From contig NC_045697.1 of NCBI RefSeq assembly GCF_009834535.1, positions 33,048,001 through 33,112,000 of the forward strand: a DNA stretch of 64,000 bases. Direction: 5' to 3'. Shown here in pieces: positions 50,976 to 63,500 of the stretch. The stretch comes from Camelus ferus. Its lineage: Eukaryota. The number at the start of each line of letters is the position of its first letter. Within the stretch, counting starts at the first letter, position 1. Both the position numbers and the translations under genes were made by a program. The notes under the pieces are model-generated. The model saw nothing but the letters and a program-made list of their open reading frames with translations. It was not told the DNA's origin and did no database searches.

Positions 50976-52904
50976 AAATATATCATGTGGAAAGTAAAGT
51001 AGAAAGCATCTGTATTAAGTTCTGTTTTTCTTAGAGGGGTCATGGAAGCTAAAAATCTATTGTGTTCAAATATCATCTCTTCCTAAGTAAAATAAATTGG
51101 GATTTTCTGGGACTCTCAGCTAAGCTGTCAAAGAGATGTCAAGATGCGGATTTTAGTTTCATTTAATAACAGATATTCTGACCTTTCAGTGACTTTGAAA
51201 GCAAGTTCTTTGGTCCTGGCCTATTGTCATAAATAATTTGGTGAAGCAAAGGGAAATGTTGGATTTCAAATCATTCAGAATTTTAAGCCTGAAAAATAAA
51301 GTGGGGAGATGGAAGGAGAAAGAGAGCGAGAGAAAGAGAAAGGAAGATAAACTCACAAACGATTGAAACAGGTATAAAGGCAAGATGCTGCAAGATTTCT
51401 GGGTCTAGACTTGCATTTGATTCTCCTGGGCAGAGTGGAAGAAAAAGACAGATCCTGCGAACCCCTTAAATAGAACATTTTGGAACAACAGCAAGCAGAG
51501 TTGTCTATTCTTCATAAAAGTGTGTTCTGATTTACCTGATTAAGCAAGACCATATGGCTGCACACTGAACTAGGCAGGGAGTCAGATTTGATTACTGATC
51601 TAGTTTTTCACTCCAAGTGTCATTTAGTACTGAAGGAGCTCATGAAGCATATAACTGAACAGAAAGAACAGACTACAGATTTTATTTTGGATGGCTCTAA
51701 ATAAAATATATATTTTTTTGTACCCAGGTAGTCAATTACATGTCAGTTTAACTTTTTTGATATTTTGCAGTTTAGTTCTTCAAAGCTCTTATTTAATTTT
51801 TTATTCCTTAATTTTTCATCTTTAGTATTTTGCTTCCTGGGCTTGATGCTAAAATTTAAATACTCAATATATAGATGTTTTTCTTGGATAACTATTCTAG
51901 AACAATATCTAGAACATGAGTATCTTTAACTAGTATTTGATAAACAAATGATTAAATGAACATCATAATTTTAAAGTGTGCACTCCAATGTTTCTGCTTC
52001 CTGAGTAAATGAGATGTCTGGTAAGGTGGTTGAGAGACAAATCTGGAGTCAAAATGATTATCTGCAGTCCTACAGTAGCCACTTATTGGTTGAATAGACT
52101 TAGATAATATTAGTACCCCTATTACATATTCTTAGAATGAAATTCGAGAATCCATGTGAGATTGTACATTGCCTGGCTTATAATGTTAATTAGTATTATT
52201 CTAAATACTTTCAGTCACAGTTTCCCAAAATAAAAAGTCAAGGTAGCAATTGAACAGAGCTGTGGATGAGGAAATGATGAAATGGAAAATCCAGAGAGGA
52301 TGCCTGGCTTTGATTAACAGAAGACAGTATAGCAAATGTGTGTTTTTCTTTAACTAAAAATTAAGCAAATGGATATTAAGGTTGAAATTGTTGCCCCCTG
52401 ATGCTTTGTTCATTCAGAGGCCATAGCATGTCCTATAGATAAGCTAAAATCATGTGATGTTGAGGGAGTCACAGGCTAATTCTACAATGTATGTTCTCAA
52501 ATGCCTACCACCAACAATGTGATCTTTCTTAGTATATTGTGGGACTCTGAAAGCAAATTGCAAGTCCTTGGAGTATAACATAAAAAGTAAAATATAATTT
52601 TAAAATATGGCAAAGTTTTATAAATAAACTAATGAGAAATGGGAAAAGGTAGAAAAAACATTGATTCCTAGAACTTACAAAGTTAGAACATGGAAAACTC
52701 CAAGCTTCATTATATACACACCATGGTAGGCTTACAAGCTTGCACCCATGCATAACTGCTTTGTACAGTTTTCATGTTTAAAGACATTTTGGAACAAATT
52801 TTCTTTGAAAACATTTACTGGAATCATCAATGAAGTGTCTTTTTTGTCAATACTGGAGAAACAGATGTTTACCTTTCTGAGTCTTATGAGAACAGGCAAC
52901 TTAA

Positions 52905-53080
52905 GGAAGGATTACAAACTTGAACTCTGGCACTAAAAAAGATCTGAGTTTGAGTCCTGGGTCCTTCACTTCCTAATGCTGTCCTTGTGCAAATTACTGA
53001 AATTGTATCTACAAGCATAAATTAAATCATGCATGTAAATGCTTAGAGGAGTTTCTGGCATGCTCAGTAAGTGTTATATA
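52905..53080 (+). mobile_element. MIR SINE
   Basis: gatctgagtttgagtcctgggtccttcacttcctaatgctgtccttgtgcaaattact...atgcatgtaaatgcttag. Confidence 0.7.
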
Positions 53081-53712
53081 CTACTTTAAGTTTCTTATAA
53101 TTGCCATTATAAAAAGAATTATGGTTAATTATCCAATATTAAAGTACTTTAGAACCAGTAGAATTAATTCTAATTTATCAGCTTGATGTGATAAATGTTA
53201 AGGTAGATATATGCTTGGGAAAGGGGAGTAAGAGAATAGAAATATACAAAAGCCAAAAAGGTGTCTTTTCTATGACACAGAAAGCTATGTCTCTCAAACA
53301 CAGCTGAACACTAACACTAAAAAGGGATCTTTATTTCTAAAAATTTAGCTAAATTTGTGGGGCACCCATGTTAGAAATCCAAATCCTAACACAAAAATAG
53401 ATTCAAGGGGAGATTTAAAATAATTTTAAATTATTCTTTAAAAGATACAAAGAATTTACCACTTATGGAAAATTTCATAGTGTGAGAAACCACTCTTCAT
53501 AAAGGTGATCCAAGAGTCTTTTCTAGGGAAAAATGTAAGTATACTTTTGTAGGTGGGCAATGTTCAGTACCCCAGTTTGATCTTAATATGATTTATGTTT
53601 TGTCAGGGTGCCTCAAGCATCCATATCAGTCTAAGAAAGTATAACAAGAGAACTCAAAATTGAGTATCTCTTACAGTAATAAAAGGGAGGATTTTTTTTT
53701 TTTTTAACATAC

Positions 53713-53924
53713 CGTGGCCTTGTTTTTTAGCTTTCTTTCTCTAGTAGTTTTTCCTTTTTTGTTGCTGGTAAAATAATGCAAGGTGCCATATTCCATCAAA
53801 GCTGCAAAAACAAAAATGAAACAAACAGAAACAAAGAGATCCATCGCAGTCACATATGAAACCTTGGGTAAGGACTTCCTGGCAATTGTGCTCAGCGTGG
53901 TCATAGTCAGCACTGTAGTGATAC
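53713..53924 (-). CDS. GABRG1: GABRG1 coding exon (exon 8 equivalent, 212 bp), TM2, TM3 and start of intracellular loop
   Basis: cacag|GT ATC ACT...: (G)[70 protein letters not shown]; ends ACG|gtatg. Confidence 0.98.
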
Positions 53925-54149
53925 CTGTGGAAGAAGGGGAAGGAAAACAGATGATGAAAAATAACTTAGACTGTTTTTACCCTTCCAGCTGGTTTGGCAA
54001 TATTCTGAGTGGAAATAAACAATGGAAACAAAAGAATGTGATTACCTGTGATTTACAGAAAAAAAATTCTGGTAACCATAGTGACATTGTGTTCAACGTG
54101 TTCTTTGCATCTGCGAGTTTTAATCATCTAAATTCTCTGGCTTGCAAGT

Positions 54150-54486
54150 AGTTGACACCCCATACCCACCCTTCCCTTCCTCCATAATAATACACCATCC
54201 AATTTTCAGCTGGTCTGTGCCTGCCTGGAAGAACAACCATAATTGCCAGCTGCTTTCAGCTATATGTGGCCACAGACTGAGATCTCACCAAGAAGAATAG
54301 GCAAAGGGTATTAATGACCAAAAGATGCCATTAAAGAGACAGGCAATACCTTTCTTTCCTTCTTCATTGTTTCTGCTGGAATACAATGGCCAGAGCATCA
54401 GAAGCCATCTTAGACCTCTACCTAGTTTAATCTACAGTGATTTTAGGTTTCCTGCCACACAGTTAAAATTAATCCAAACTAGTATA
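54150..54486 (+). mobile_element. Old MLT1 LTR remnant
   Basis: cagctatatgtggccacagactgagatctcacca...tggccagagcatcagaagccatcttagacc...aattaatccaaactagtata. Confidence 0.55.
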
Positions 54487-55224
54487 GTATGTTTTATAAC
54501 TTGAAGTAAATCTATTTTCTAGTCTTGAAGTTTCAGTAAAGAAAACAGGCAAAATGGTATCAAGGGAATACTTTTGAAGCACAGATTAAAAGTTTGTATT
54601 TTGAAGGATTGAGTGTATAGAATTGGGATAGCCTCCTGGACCCCAGGTGTGTTGTGTAGATTTTTGGGGGTGTCTGTTTCTCTTTATCCATGACCTTCTT
54701 GATGGCTCTTACCTAAGGGAGGTGGAGGCTAAATTTTAGGCCCCCTAACTCACACCTGTCCAGACTATATCTCTTCCTATCTAAACTGCCTTCATTCTCA
54801 TTCTTTGTCTCATGAAATAAGACACCATGAGTGGAATTGTTTACTCTCATAATGCCAAATGATTCTTAATTTGGCTGAATATTTATAGAGCCAAATATTC
54901 GGGTTGAGAAAAAAATAGAAAGGATGTCTTTGGTATGGTGAAGGCAATGGCCATCTCTTTCCCTCATGTCTACATTGAAACATGCCTTAATAATAATTCC
55001 TTTCACATTTCCATCTTTTTATTTTCATCATCACTCAGGATTGAAAAAAAGATGATACAGGTATGATGATTTGTAAGTCATGTAGGCAAATTTAGATTCA
55101 AATTTTGATGTCCAATCTATTAGCTCCATAACCTCAAAGGGGTTTCTCAACTCTTCTGTGCCTCTCATCTAAAAAAATGTGGCACAGTAATTTAATAAAT
55201 TGTATAATAAATTTATACAAAAGG

Positions 55225-55710
55225 TATTTGCTTTACTTATTTTTCTTAAAGTGGATGCTTAGATTAAAAAGAAAGATTAAAAATCTTCTTTCTAACATTA
55301 GCATTTTGAATCTATAATTTCCCCTCTTAGGAATACTTTAGCTGCCTCTCACAAGCATTTAATGTTAAATTCTTATTAAAATTCAGTTTGAAATATTTTA
55401 TGATTTCCCTTTTGATTCTTATTTGACCGAAGGGTTATCTAAAAGGTCATTAAACAAATTTCAAATAAGGGAAGCCAATATTAATCTATATTATTTTATT
55501 AATTTTTAATTTACTACCATTTTGGTCAGAAAATATACTTGGGAAACATTTTAGTCTTTTCAGTTTATTAAGATCTTGGTTAATGTTCTGTATGCACTTG
55601 AACTTACTGTGTATTCTGTAGTTAGGTGTATTGTTTTATAAATACCAATCAGGTCAAGTAGTTGTAATTTCATTCAGATTTTCAATATCTTTTTTTATCT
55701 TCTATTACTT
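55225..55710 (-). mobile_element. Old L1M fragment
   Basis: ctataatttcccctcttaggaatactttagctgcctctcacaagc...attcagtttgaaatattttatgatttccc...ttggtcagaaaatatact. Confidence 0.75.
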
Positions 55711-55711
55711 C

Positions 55712-55782
55712 ATTTTTTTAAAATTTATTTTATTGAATTATAGTCAGTTTACAATGTTGTGTCAATTCCAGTGTAGAACATG
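55712..55782 (-). mobile_element. Short young L1 3'-end fragment, related to 43238-43342
   Basis: tttattttattgaattatagtcagtttacaatgttgtgtcaattccagtgtagaaca aligns by eye to the 43.25 kb element. Confidence 0.75.
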
Positions 55783-56129
55783 CACTATTTTTTTTTTTTT
55801 GGTAACTTATTAAATCATAACATTCCCATAGTCAGACAAAGGCAGATTTCCCAAGGTGGCTTCTCAAGTAAACAAAACAAAACATCCAAAAACCTTCAGG
55901 CCAATGTGTTCTTTGATATCATTATCAATGATCAAATTAAATTTCAATTAACTAAAATGTTATTACATTCCTATTTCAGAAATTAAGGTAAACTATAGCA
56001 GAACTTAGCTCCCAGACATTTATTTCTTTAATTTAGTAGTTGTTATCACAGAATTTAGCTTAAAATAATGTGGTGGATTTTCTGTTAAAATATCTCTGAG
56101 TCCATGAAAGTAAAAACACATTTGAATAT

Positions 56130-56745
56130 TAAGAAGATTCATTGATATTTCCTCCATGGCTTCTCCTGCTCAAAACCTTATAATAACCTTCCATTACCTT
56201 TGGAATAAAATCCAAAGTCCTTAAAATGACCTACTAAAGACATCTGATCTAACATCTGGCCATCTCTCCAATCTCATTTTCTACCACTACTTGGCTACCT
56301 CTAGACACAGTTGTCTTCTTTCTGAACCTCAAGCATGGTTAGCAAAGAAGATCCCTCTTCAGAACCTTGTGGTTCTTTCTAGCCGATATCCACAGGCTAC
56401 CTCCCACACTTCGCTAGGCCTCTGCCCACTCCTCAGAGAGGTCTAGTCTGACTCCATGAGATGAACGAGCGAACAGTATATCCACCAACATCCCCTGGTG
56501 TTCTCTAGCTATTTATTTTGCTTTCCCTCCTAGCCTTTATTACTCACTGACATTTTATTATATGCTTTTTATACTTGTACATTACCTGCACACCCTGCTC
56601 AAATGTTTTATATTTTAAAATGAACATGAGCACTTTACAGTATTTGTTCACTGTTCACACTGTGGCACCTAGAACACTGCCTATTTCACAGAAAGCATTT
56701 GATAAATGTTTGTGAGAATGCAATAATAATAATTGAATAAATGAG
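56130..56745 (+). mobile_element. L2 (L2a-like) 3' end
   Basis: ctcctgctcaaaacctt...ggaataaaatccaaagtcctt...cctcagagaggtc...gttcactg...gcacctagaacactgcct...gcatttgataaatgtttgtgagaatg. Confidence 0.8.
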
Positions 56746-58162
56746 CTCAGAAAACTGCCCTTCAGAGACGTATGTATGCATGTATACTTAAAAAAAAACA
56801 AACAAAGCCTGATCCTCCAGCTACTTAGGACCCACAATTGTAAGAGATATTCCTTAAGTTAGATCTGGCTATGGCTTATCTTTACAGTTGCTATAGTAAT
56901 GTTAAAAAACATGGATTCATGTAAAGCCATAATTCCACAATTGGCTATTCTCTGTCATGACACTGGCATAGAATTTTGGCTTTGTGTAATCCTAACGGCA
57001 GAAACAGTCCTTTCAAATTCTCTTTGAGGAAAAATATGAGAATAATGTTTGAAAACAAAATACAATATTTAAATTATTGTATATACTCAGAGTAGCATAC
57101 AAAAAATCTAAAGTAATTTATTTACCTTGAAACATAAAATAGTTTGAAATAACATGGGGAACAAAACTCTGATATGAGTGCATTTTGTCCCCTAGCAATG
57201 TCTGCATAGACTCCCAAGGAACTGCATTTCCAAGATAGAACTAGGTGCCTCAGATTTTATCTTGCCACTTTTATGTGATTTGCATTTTATTATATTTATT
57301 ACATGGAGTTCTTTACCAGCTATCATAGAAAACACATGAGAATTTCTTTATTGTTGAAAACAGAAACTGTCCCAACTTTACGTTTTTTAAGACACAGTTA
57401 CTAGTAGTGTGATTCGTATCTTGCACTTTTGTTGGGAATGAATCAATTAATCATTAAGTTGTCTTTATATATCAATACATGGTTTTAGGTTATCATTTTC
57501 TTTTAAAAATATATAGTAATTAGACATGTTTTCTTACATGATTTTGATTATCACAATAGATTGCTAAAGAAAGAAAGGACAAGTCTGCTTTATCATGTAT
57601 GAATTACAAATTACTCTTTTAATCAATGTTACTGTACAGGCAACTCTCAAAAATATTTGTAGACTAATCACACATTTTATAGATTACAGAAGCCTGGAAA
57701 CTTCTTGTTCCTTTCAGCGACCTGCCCTTTGGAACAGCTGACTGTTCATTAACACCATTGTAAGAGCAGGGAACTTCTAAGCACACACCAGTCAACAAAT
57801 ACTGGCTATTAGTGATTCAGCTAAAAAATAAAATCAAATCTTGCTGAAAAGTGATTGAAAATATTGACCAAATTTAACATCCTAGGATTATGTATGCCTT
57901 TCATATATTAATTCTTGGTGATTATTTATGCTTTCCTTGGCCTATTTTAAAAACATTTCTGAAATTTCAAGCTCTTTACAATTCTATTTCCTACTTGTTT
58001 TTCATATATTTATTTCAACATCATGTTGCAGTAGAGTATCTGTCAATTTTTGCCTGACTGTAGCTGGAGGAATATTTCTAATATATTAAACTGTAAACTT
58101 TTATCATGTTAAAATGTTACTAAAAGTCTTATGATACTGAAGCATAATATTACATGTCATAC

Positions 58163-58315
58163 CCAGTGATGTTCTTGCAGGAACTGCATCCTTATTGATC
58201 CAAAAAGAGACCCAAGAAAGAACAACTGTCAGAATACATGGAATGTAGGTCTGAATAGTGAAATATCCCATTCGTCTGCTCAAGTCAAAAAAAATTGTCA
58301 TGATTATATAATCTC
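58163..58315 (-). CDS. GABRG1: GABRG1 coding exon (exon 7 equivalent, 153 bp), TM1 and start of TM2
   Basis: tccag|GA GAT TAT...: (G)[50 protein letters not shown](G); ends CTG G|gtatg; overlaps ORF-track entry 58104..58301. Confidence 0.98.
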
Positions 58316-58439
58316 CTGGAAGAAAAAAAATGTTTTATTTTTAGCTGTAAAATACTTATAAGTATAGATTCCAAATCATAGATTTAAATACAAGTGCCAT
58401 TTAATGCTAGCATTAGTCACTGACTTGTTTTCTTCTTAC

Positions 58440-58577
58440 CAGAGATCGTGTGAGAGATTTCAGTTGTGTTCCGTAACCCTACAAACGCGAACTGATATAA
58501 TCTCCAGTATTTAGGATCAGCCACTTCTACAGAAGGCTTTTTCCACTTATACTCAATTTCATTTTTAGGGTATCCAT
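58440..58577 (-). CDS. GABRG1: GABRG1 coding exon (exon 6 equivalent, 138 bp)
   Basis: cctag|AT GGA TAC...: (Y)[45 protein letters not shown](G); ends TCT G|gtaag. Confidence 0.97.
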
Positions 58578-58669
58578 CTAGGTACGAAATTAAAATTAAA
58601 ATTAAAACATATACATTAGCAGATCCAAATCTGTTACTGTTTTAATATCAACATCATCTAAATTCTCTG

Positions 58670-59530
58670 AAATGCTTCTTCATTTTTTATTATACGTCAA
58701 ATATAGAAAAATTCTGCATAAAATTTACATGTGTAGCTTAAAGAATAATCATATAGTGATTAATGATAATTAATGTAACTACTCAAATCAAGAAATAAAA
58801 CCTTGTTAGCAACCAGGAAAAAACGTGTGTTTTGTTACAGATATTCTAAACAGCACATCTGAAAAATATGACTTGGTTTAGGTTCTTTTTGAACTCTACT
58901 TGATTATTGCTATACTGGATGCATTATTTTATAACTTACTTCTTTTAATATCATATTTGTAATAGTCACCCATGCTCTTGTATGTAGCTGTATTAAATTT
59001 AGTCTATTGTTTTACTATGTAGACACTTGTAACATTTCCTGTTGGCTATTATTAATATTGCTGCAAATAACATTATTGTATATGCCTCACAAAGCATGTA
59101 TATGCAGAAGTTCCTCTAGGATACATATCTAAGCATGGAATAGCTGGGTAATAGATTATTTATAATGTCCATTTTACGAGACAATGTCAATCTTTTTTCC
59201 ATAGAGAGTATACTAACCTCATCTCGCAATAGCCAGAGTATGAAAGTACATGCAGATTGATATACACATTAAAGTTTATGTTGGCAGCCTTCTTTACTTT
59301 TACTAGTCTGTAGAGTGAATTTTATTTCACTTTTTCCTGATTATAAATAAAACCTAGACATCTTTTCATGTGTTTATTAGATTGTTGGATTTCTTCCCTA
59401 GAGAACTATTTGTTCAATTGCCCATTATTTTATTGGGTTTTCTTTTTTTTCTTTCTTTTTTGTTTGAATTCTATATACATTCTGGATAGTAGACATTTGT
59501 TAGTCATTTGTGTTTAAATTGTCTTTGCCT
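58670..59530 (-). mobile_element. Old L1ME-type fragment
   Basis: ttggctattattaatattgctgcaaataacatt...ctaggatacatatctaagcatggaatagctggg...catcttttcatgtgtttattag...tctatatacattctggata. Confidence 0.75.
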
Positions 59531-61649
59531 TCTCTGTCACTGTCTAGAATGGAAATGAATTCTTTCAAAAAGGATATGCTTTTGTTTCTGCTACATGTCA
59601 GAAATCCACAAGGCCTTTGGGTCCAGTCGAGCAAAGGAAATTTGGGCAATCCATGTTGGGGTGGGCTTGTGATTAAATCCTCTCGAGGAGTTATTTCACC
59701 CTGGTATGCTGACTGCAGAGGTAAATTTCCTTTTAGACCTTAGTGGTTGTATGTACACGTGTGTGAGTATGTATGGGGGACACTCTTTCATGTTACCCTA
59801 AGCTGTATGTAGAGATCACGTTTTATTACATTTTTATTCCACAAGGCTATAAACATCAAAGCTCAAATTTATCTTGCTTGACAAATGTCCTCAGGTCAAA
59901 ATTGGCTCCAAACTTCATATTTCTGGCATCAATTTTTAATGTGGATTTTGTGGCTGAAAATTCCTTACTAGTGATCACTTCCTCATTTTTGAGAAGTTTT
60001 TAATAATAAACTATTTTAAACTGTTTTCCACAAAAGAGTTGGTTTACCGTATTACAGAAATGGAGTTCACTATCACCTTGAGAAAGTTCCAAAACTGTAT
60101 ATCAATTCCCTTATCAGCCATGTGATGAAATAGCTGTTGTCTTTGCTGGCCTGTTTAAGGATCTTTTTCTTTCTTTCTCCATCTTCTCTCCCTTGTTCTC
60201 AAGGTTTAGACACCTTGTTTTTCCATATTTCCCGTTCTTTTTAAATATAATTATAGACACAACAGAGTACAGTCATAGCATATAGGAGTGTAGGCACAAA
60301 TTAAAAATAGTGAGCTCATTACGTAACCACTCTAAATCTCATGATATCTACTTTTAAAATGGGTGCCTTATTGAAACATTCCCAATATATTTGTTGTTAA
60401 ACATTAGCTGGAGAAGGCTTAATTCTCTGCTGGACCCATACAGAGTGCCTGAAAAAACTTAGCTATGATTATTATGTTTATGTCCGTGACACCCAATTAC
60501 ACTGACAGGGATAGAATATTAATTCCCAATAACGACAATCAAAGCTAAAGAGATGTCACACAAAGAATTTAGGCATGGTATCTAGAGGTGAGTACAATAA
60601 TTGCTAAATCTTCAAATATTTGCATGTCAGTTATTCCTTGAATGTTCCTATTAATCAAGTCTTTGTTGAGATTTGGCTGTTTTATTCACTGAGAAGTCAA
60701 TGTTAGAAAATCAAAGCAGTGAGATGTTAGATTATGAATTTAAAAGGACTTTTTAGTGAGATAAAATTATTAAGAAAAGACAAAATTGTTAATAAGGGAT
60801 AACAGGAGATATTTGGGAATGTATTAAGTGAAGATGCAGGATAATACTTATGAGTACTTATAATCTACTGTGAATAAATTCTAGAATGTGATATCTAAAA
60901 AAATGAATTTTAAAAAAGGAAACTAGCATTACATAATTCTGGACATAGGCAATACCGTTTTTTAAAGTCGTTTTACATGTTGTCAAGACTTGCTCAATTA
61001 TATACTATCTAGAAAAAATATTTTTATAAAAACACATGTAAAGCTAAATATGTTAGTAAATACAAAATAAAACTGATATTGATATAGAAAGATTGTAACT
61101 ATTTCCTTAGAACAAAATACTAAATTTTATATCCAAATTATTTTGCTCTAATCATTTCTCTGGCTTTCATTCCTTCTTTTGGATAAAATAAACTTATTTC
61201 TACCTTGGTTTTTCAACCTCATTAAAGTCTTCTCAGATATTTGCTATTCATGTAGTAAATATTCTTCACCAATAATAAAGTTAAATCTGGCCTCCAGGAA
61301 TACGAATAAAATTTGAATCAGCTTTTTATTCATGGCAGTGTAAAAATATTTGAACATAAACTTATCTTCAATAGTCCTTTATTTAATCAAAATAGCAAAA
61401 GGATACTTGGATAAAACTGATTTGTAAAGAATGATATAATATAGTATATACATTCACTATGCATTTATTGTCACTTTTTAATTTAAAAGCAAGAAACAAA
61501 TATGTCATTTGTAATTTTATCTAAAAGTTGGACATAATCCACATTTCTGAAAATTGTAAAAATTGTAGCTCATCTCATTTCATTTTACATTTTTATATAA
61601 TCAAGATCAGAAACTATAATGTTCTATGAAAATACCAAGTATTTTATCA

Positions 61650-61760
<111 letters not shown>

Positions 61761-62565
61761 TTAAATAACAAGAAATAATTCCAAGCATTAAAAATCTTTT
61801 GTCTAATTTTAAAACATGATTTTGGCTGACAATGATAGAATGTGATATACTTGGAAAGAATAATTTTGAGTTCTCAAAATCTTAAATAGTAACATAATAA
61901 CATTCATAAATAAATAAGAAGCTTCTCACATTTTTCTTTTCAACCAACTAAGATGCCTCCCAATTAATCTAAGTATGATCTGTGTTTACCGTTAAAAATT
62001 TACACTTCAGGATCTCAACAAACACGTATGTGTGTACATACACATGAAGATTGACATAGTGTACATGGTTAAGTATGGTGATTTTTTCACTCTTTATCAT
62101 AAATATCTTTCCATTAAGGATATGCTTCTTAATAAGTAGATATATTCAAGACAGTGAATTAAATAAACTTGAATCTTACATCAACCTTTAATCCTTTCTT
62201 AGGGATGTTTTACTACAGCATTGAAAAATCAGAGTATTTTAAAATGTTATGGCAGAATGGACTCATTAGATAAAATCTCCATCAGTCATTTGCATTATAG
62301 GTTAAAAAACAGGAGGTTATGCCACAACCTCTTCACCTTCAAAGAAGGGAAATCAAGGAGTTTTTCTTCTTTGCTTTTAGTCCTTTTCACATACCAGTAA
62401 CTCTGAGTTTAAACAGTTGTTTCCAAAATATTTCACTATTTTAGATTTTAGCATATAAAAGAAGTTCTTCCTTTGCAATTTTGAAAAAAGGTATATTTAA
62501 GAGTTGATCACATATTAGCATGGAAAATAAATTAGAGCAACTGTATATTTTTTTAACAGTCATAC

Positions 62566-62786
62566 CTTAGAGTATAAAGAACCCGTCCATCATTCCAAAT
62601 GCGAAGAAGACGATTAGGAGTTGTTATCCAATGAGCATCAGATTTTCTTGAGTTTCTGAAGAAAGTGTCCGGAATCCAAATTTTTCCAACCATATTACTG
62701 TTAAGCATAAGCACTTTCATGGTACTATTGAATTTTAATCGACTATCAAACCAGGTTTGGGCAAAAATTATATCTATTGTGTATTC
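62566..62786 (-). CDS. GABRG1: GABA-A receptor gamma-1 subunit, coding exon (exon 4 equivalent, 221 bp), extracellular domain
   Basis: Minus strand reads ttag|GAA TAC ACA...: [73 protein letters not shown](R), ending CTA AG|gtatg. 'DIIFAQTW' and 'NRLLRIW' are the gamma-1 versions; gamma-2 has DIFFAQTW and NRMLRIW. Confidence 0.97.
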
Positions 62787-63284
62787 CTAAGAGATAAAAA
62801 GAAGAGTAATGACAGAATAGTAAAGCCATTATTTTAGACATTTTCTTCAGAAATTTAGATTTTTATATTTTAAAGTTTTAAGTAAACAGCACTTAAGCTC
62901 AGTCTTTTTGGAGAAAAAAATGTACACCATTATTTTTACCTTCCTTTTTTATTGTTTACATGAGTCATGTAAATTAAAATCCAAGATTTCTGGTAATTAC
63001 CACTACCCAGTGTGGTTTATATATAGTAAATTGTTTTCAAGATTTTTATAATATGTAGGATATAGTTATTAAATATAAAAGCCAATTATTTTAAGATTAA
63101 CAATTATATTTACTTTCATGACTTAAGTCACATAAAAAATTCAGAAACTACAAAATCAAGATACAAACACTCACCATATTATCTAAAAGCCCTTACCTTG
63201 TCCTTTGTCCAAAAAATTAATTACAATTATTTAGATCCACTGTTTTCAAATGTGTTAAAGCAACCACACTCACACACACACATA

Positions 63285-63500
63285 CATAAAGCCCTATTGA
63301 GGACTTATAATATGCCAAGTACTATGTTGCATTTTGTAAGTATCATGTCATTAAATCCTTACTATAACCTGTGAAGTAAGTACTACGATAATCTTTATTC
63401 TCAATGAACACTTATTAATAGAGACATGAAATAATTCTCCCTATATCATGGAGCAGATGATATAAAAACTGAGGCACTGCAGATTGAATACCAAATTTAC
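63285..63500 (-). mobile_element. MIR SINE
   Basis: tattgaggacttataatatgccaagtactatg...cattaaatccttactataacctgtgaagtaagtact. Confidence 0.65.

Noticed and set aside
45529..53712. A gamma-2L-like 24-nt LLRMFSFK microexon in the last intron
   Set aside because: I could not find a matching sequence with splice sites by eye; a computational search would be needed to exclude a diverged one.
53783..54151. 122-aa plus-strand ORF antisense to exon 8
   Set aside because: A shadow ORF of the coding exon with no independent support.
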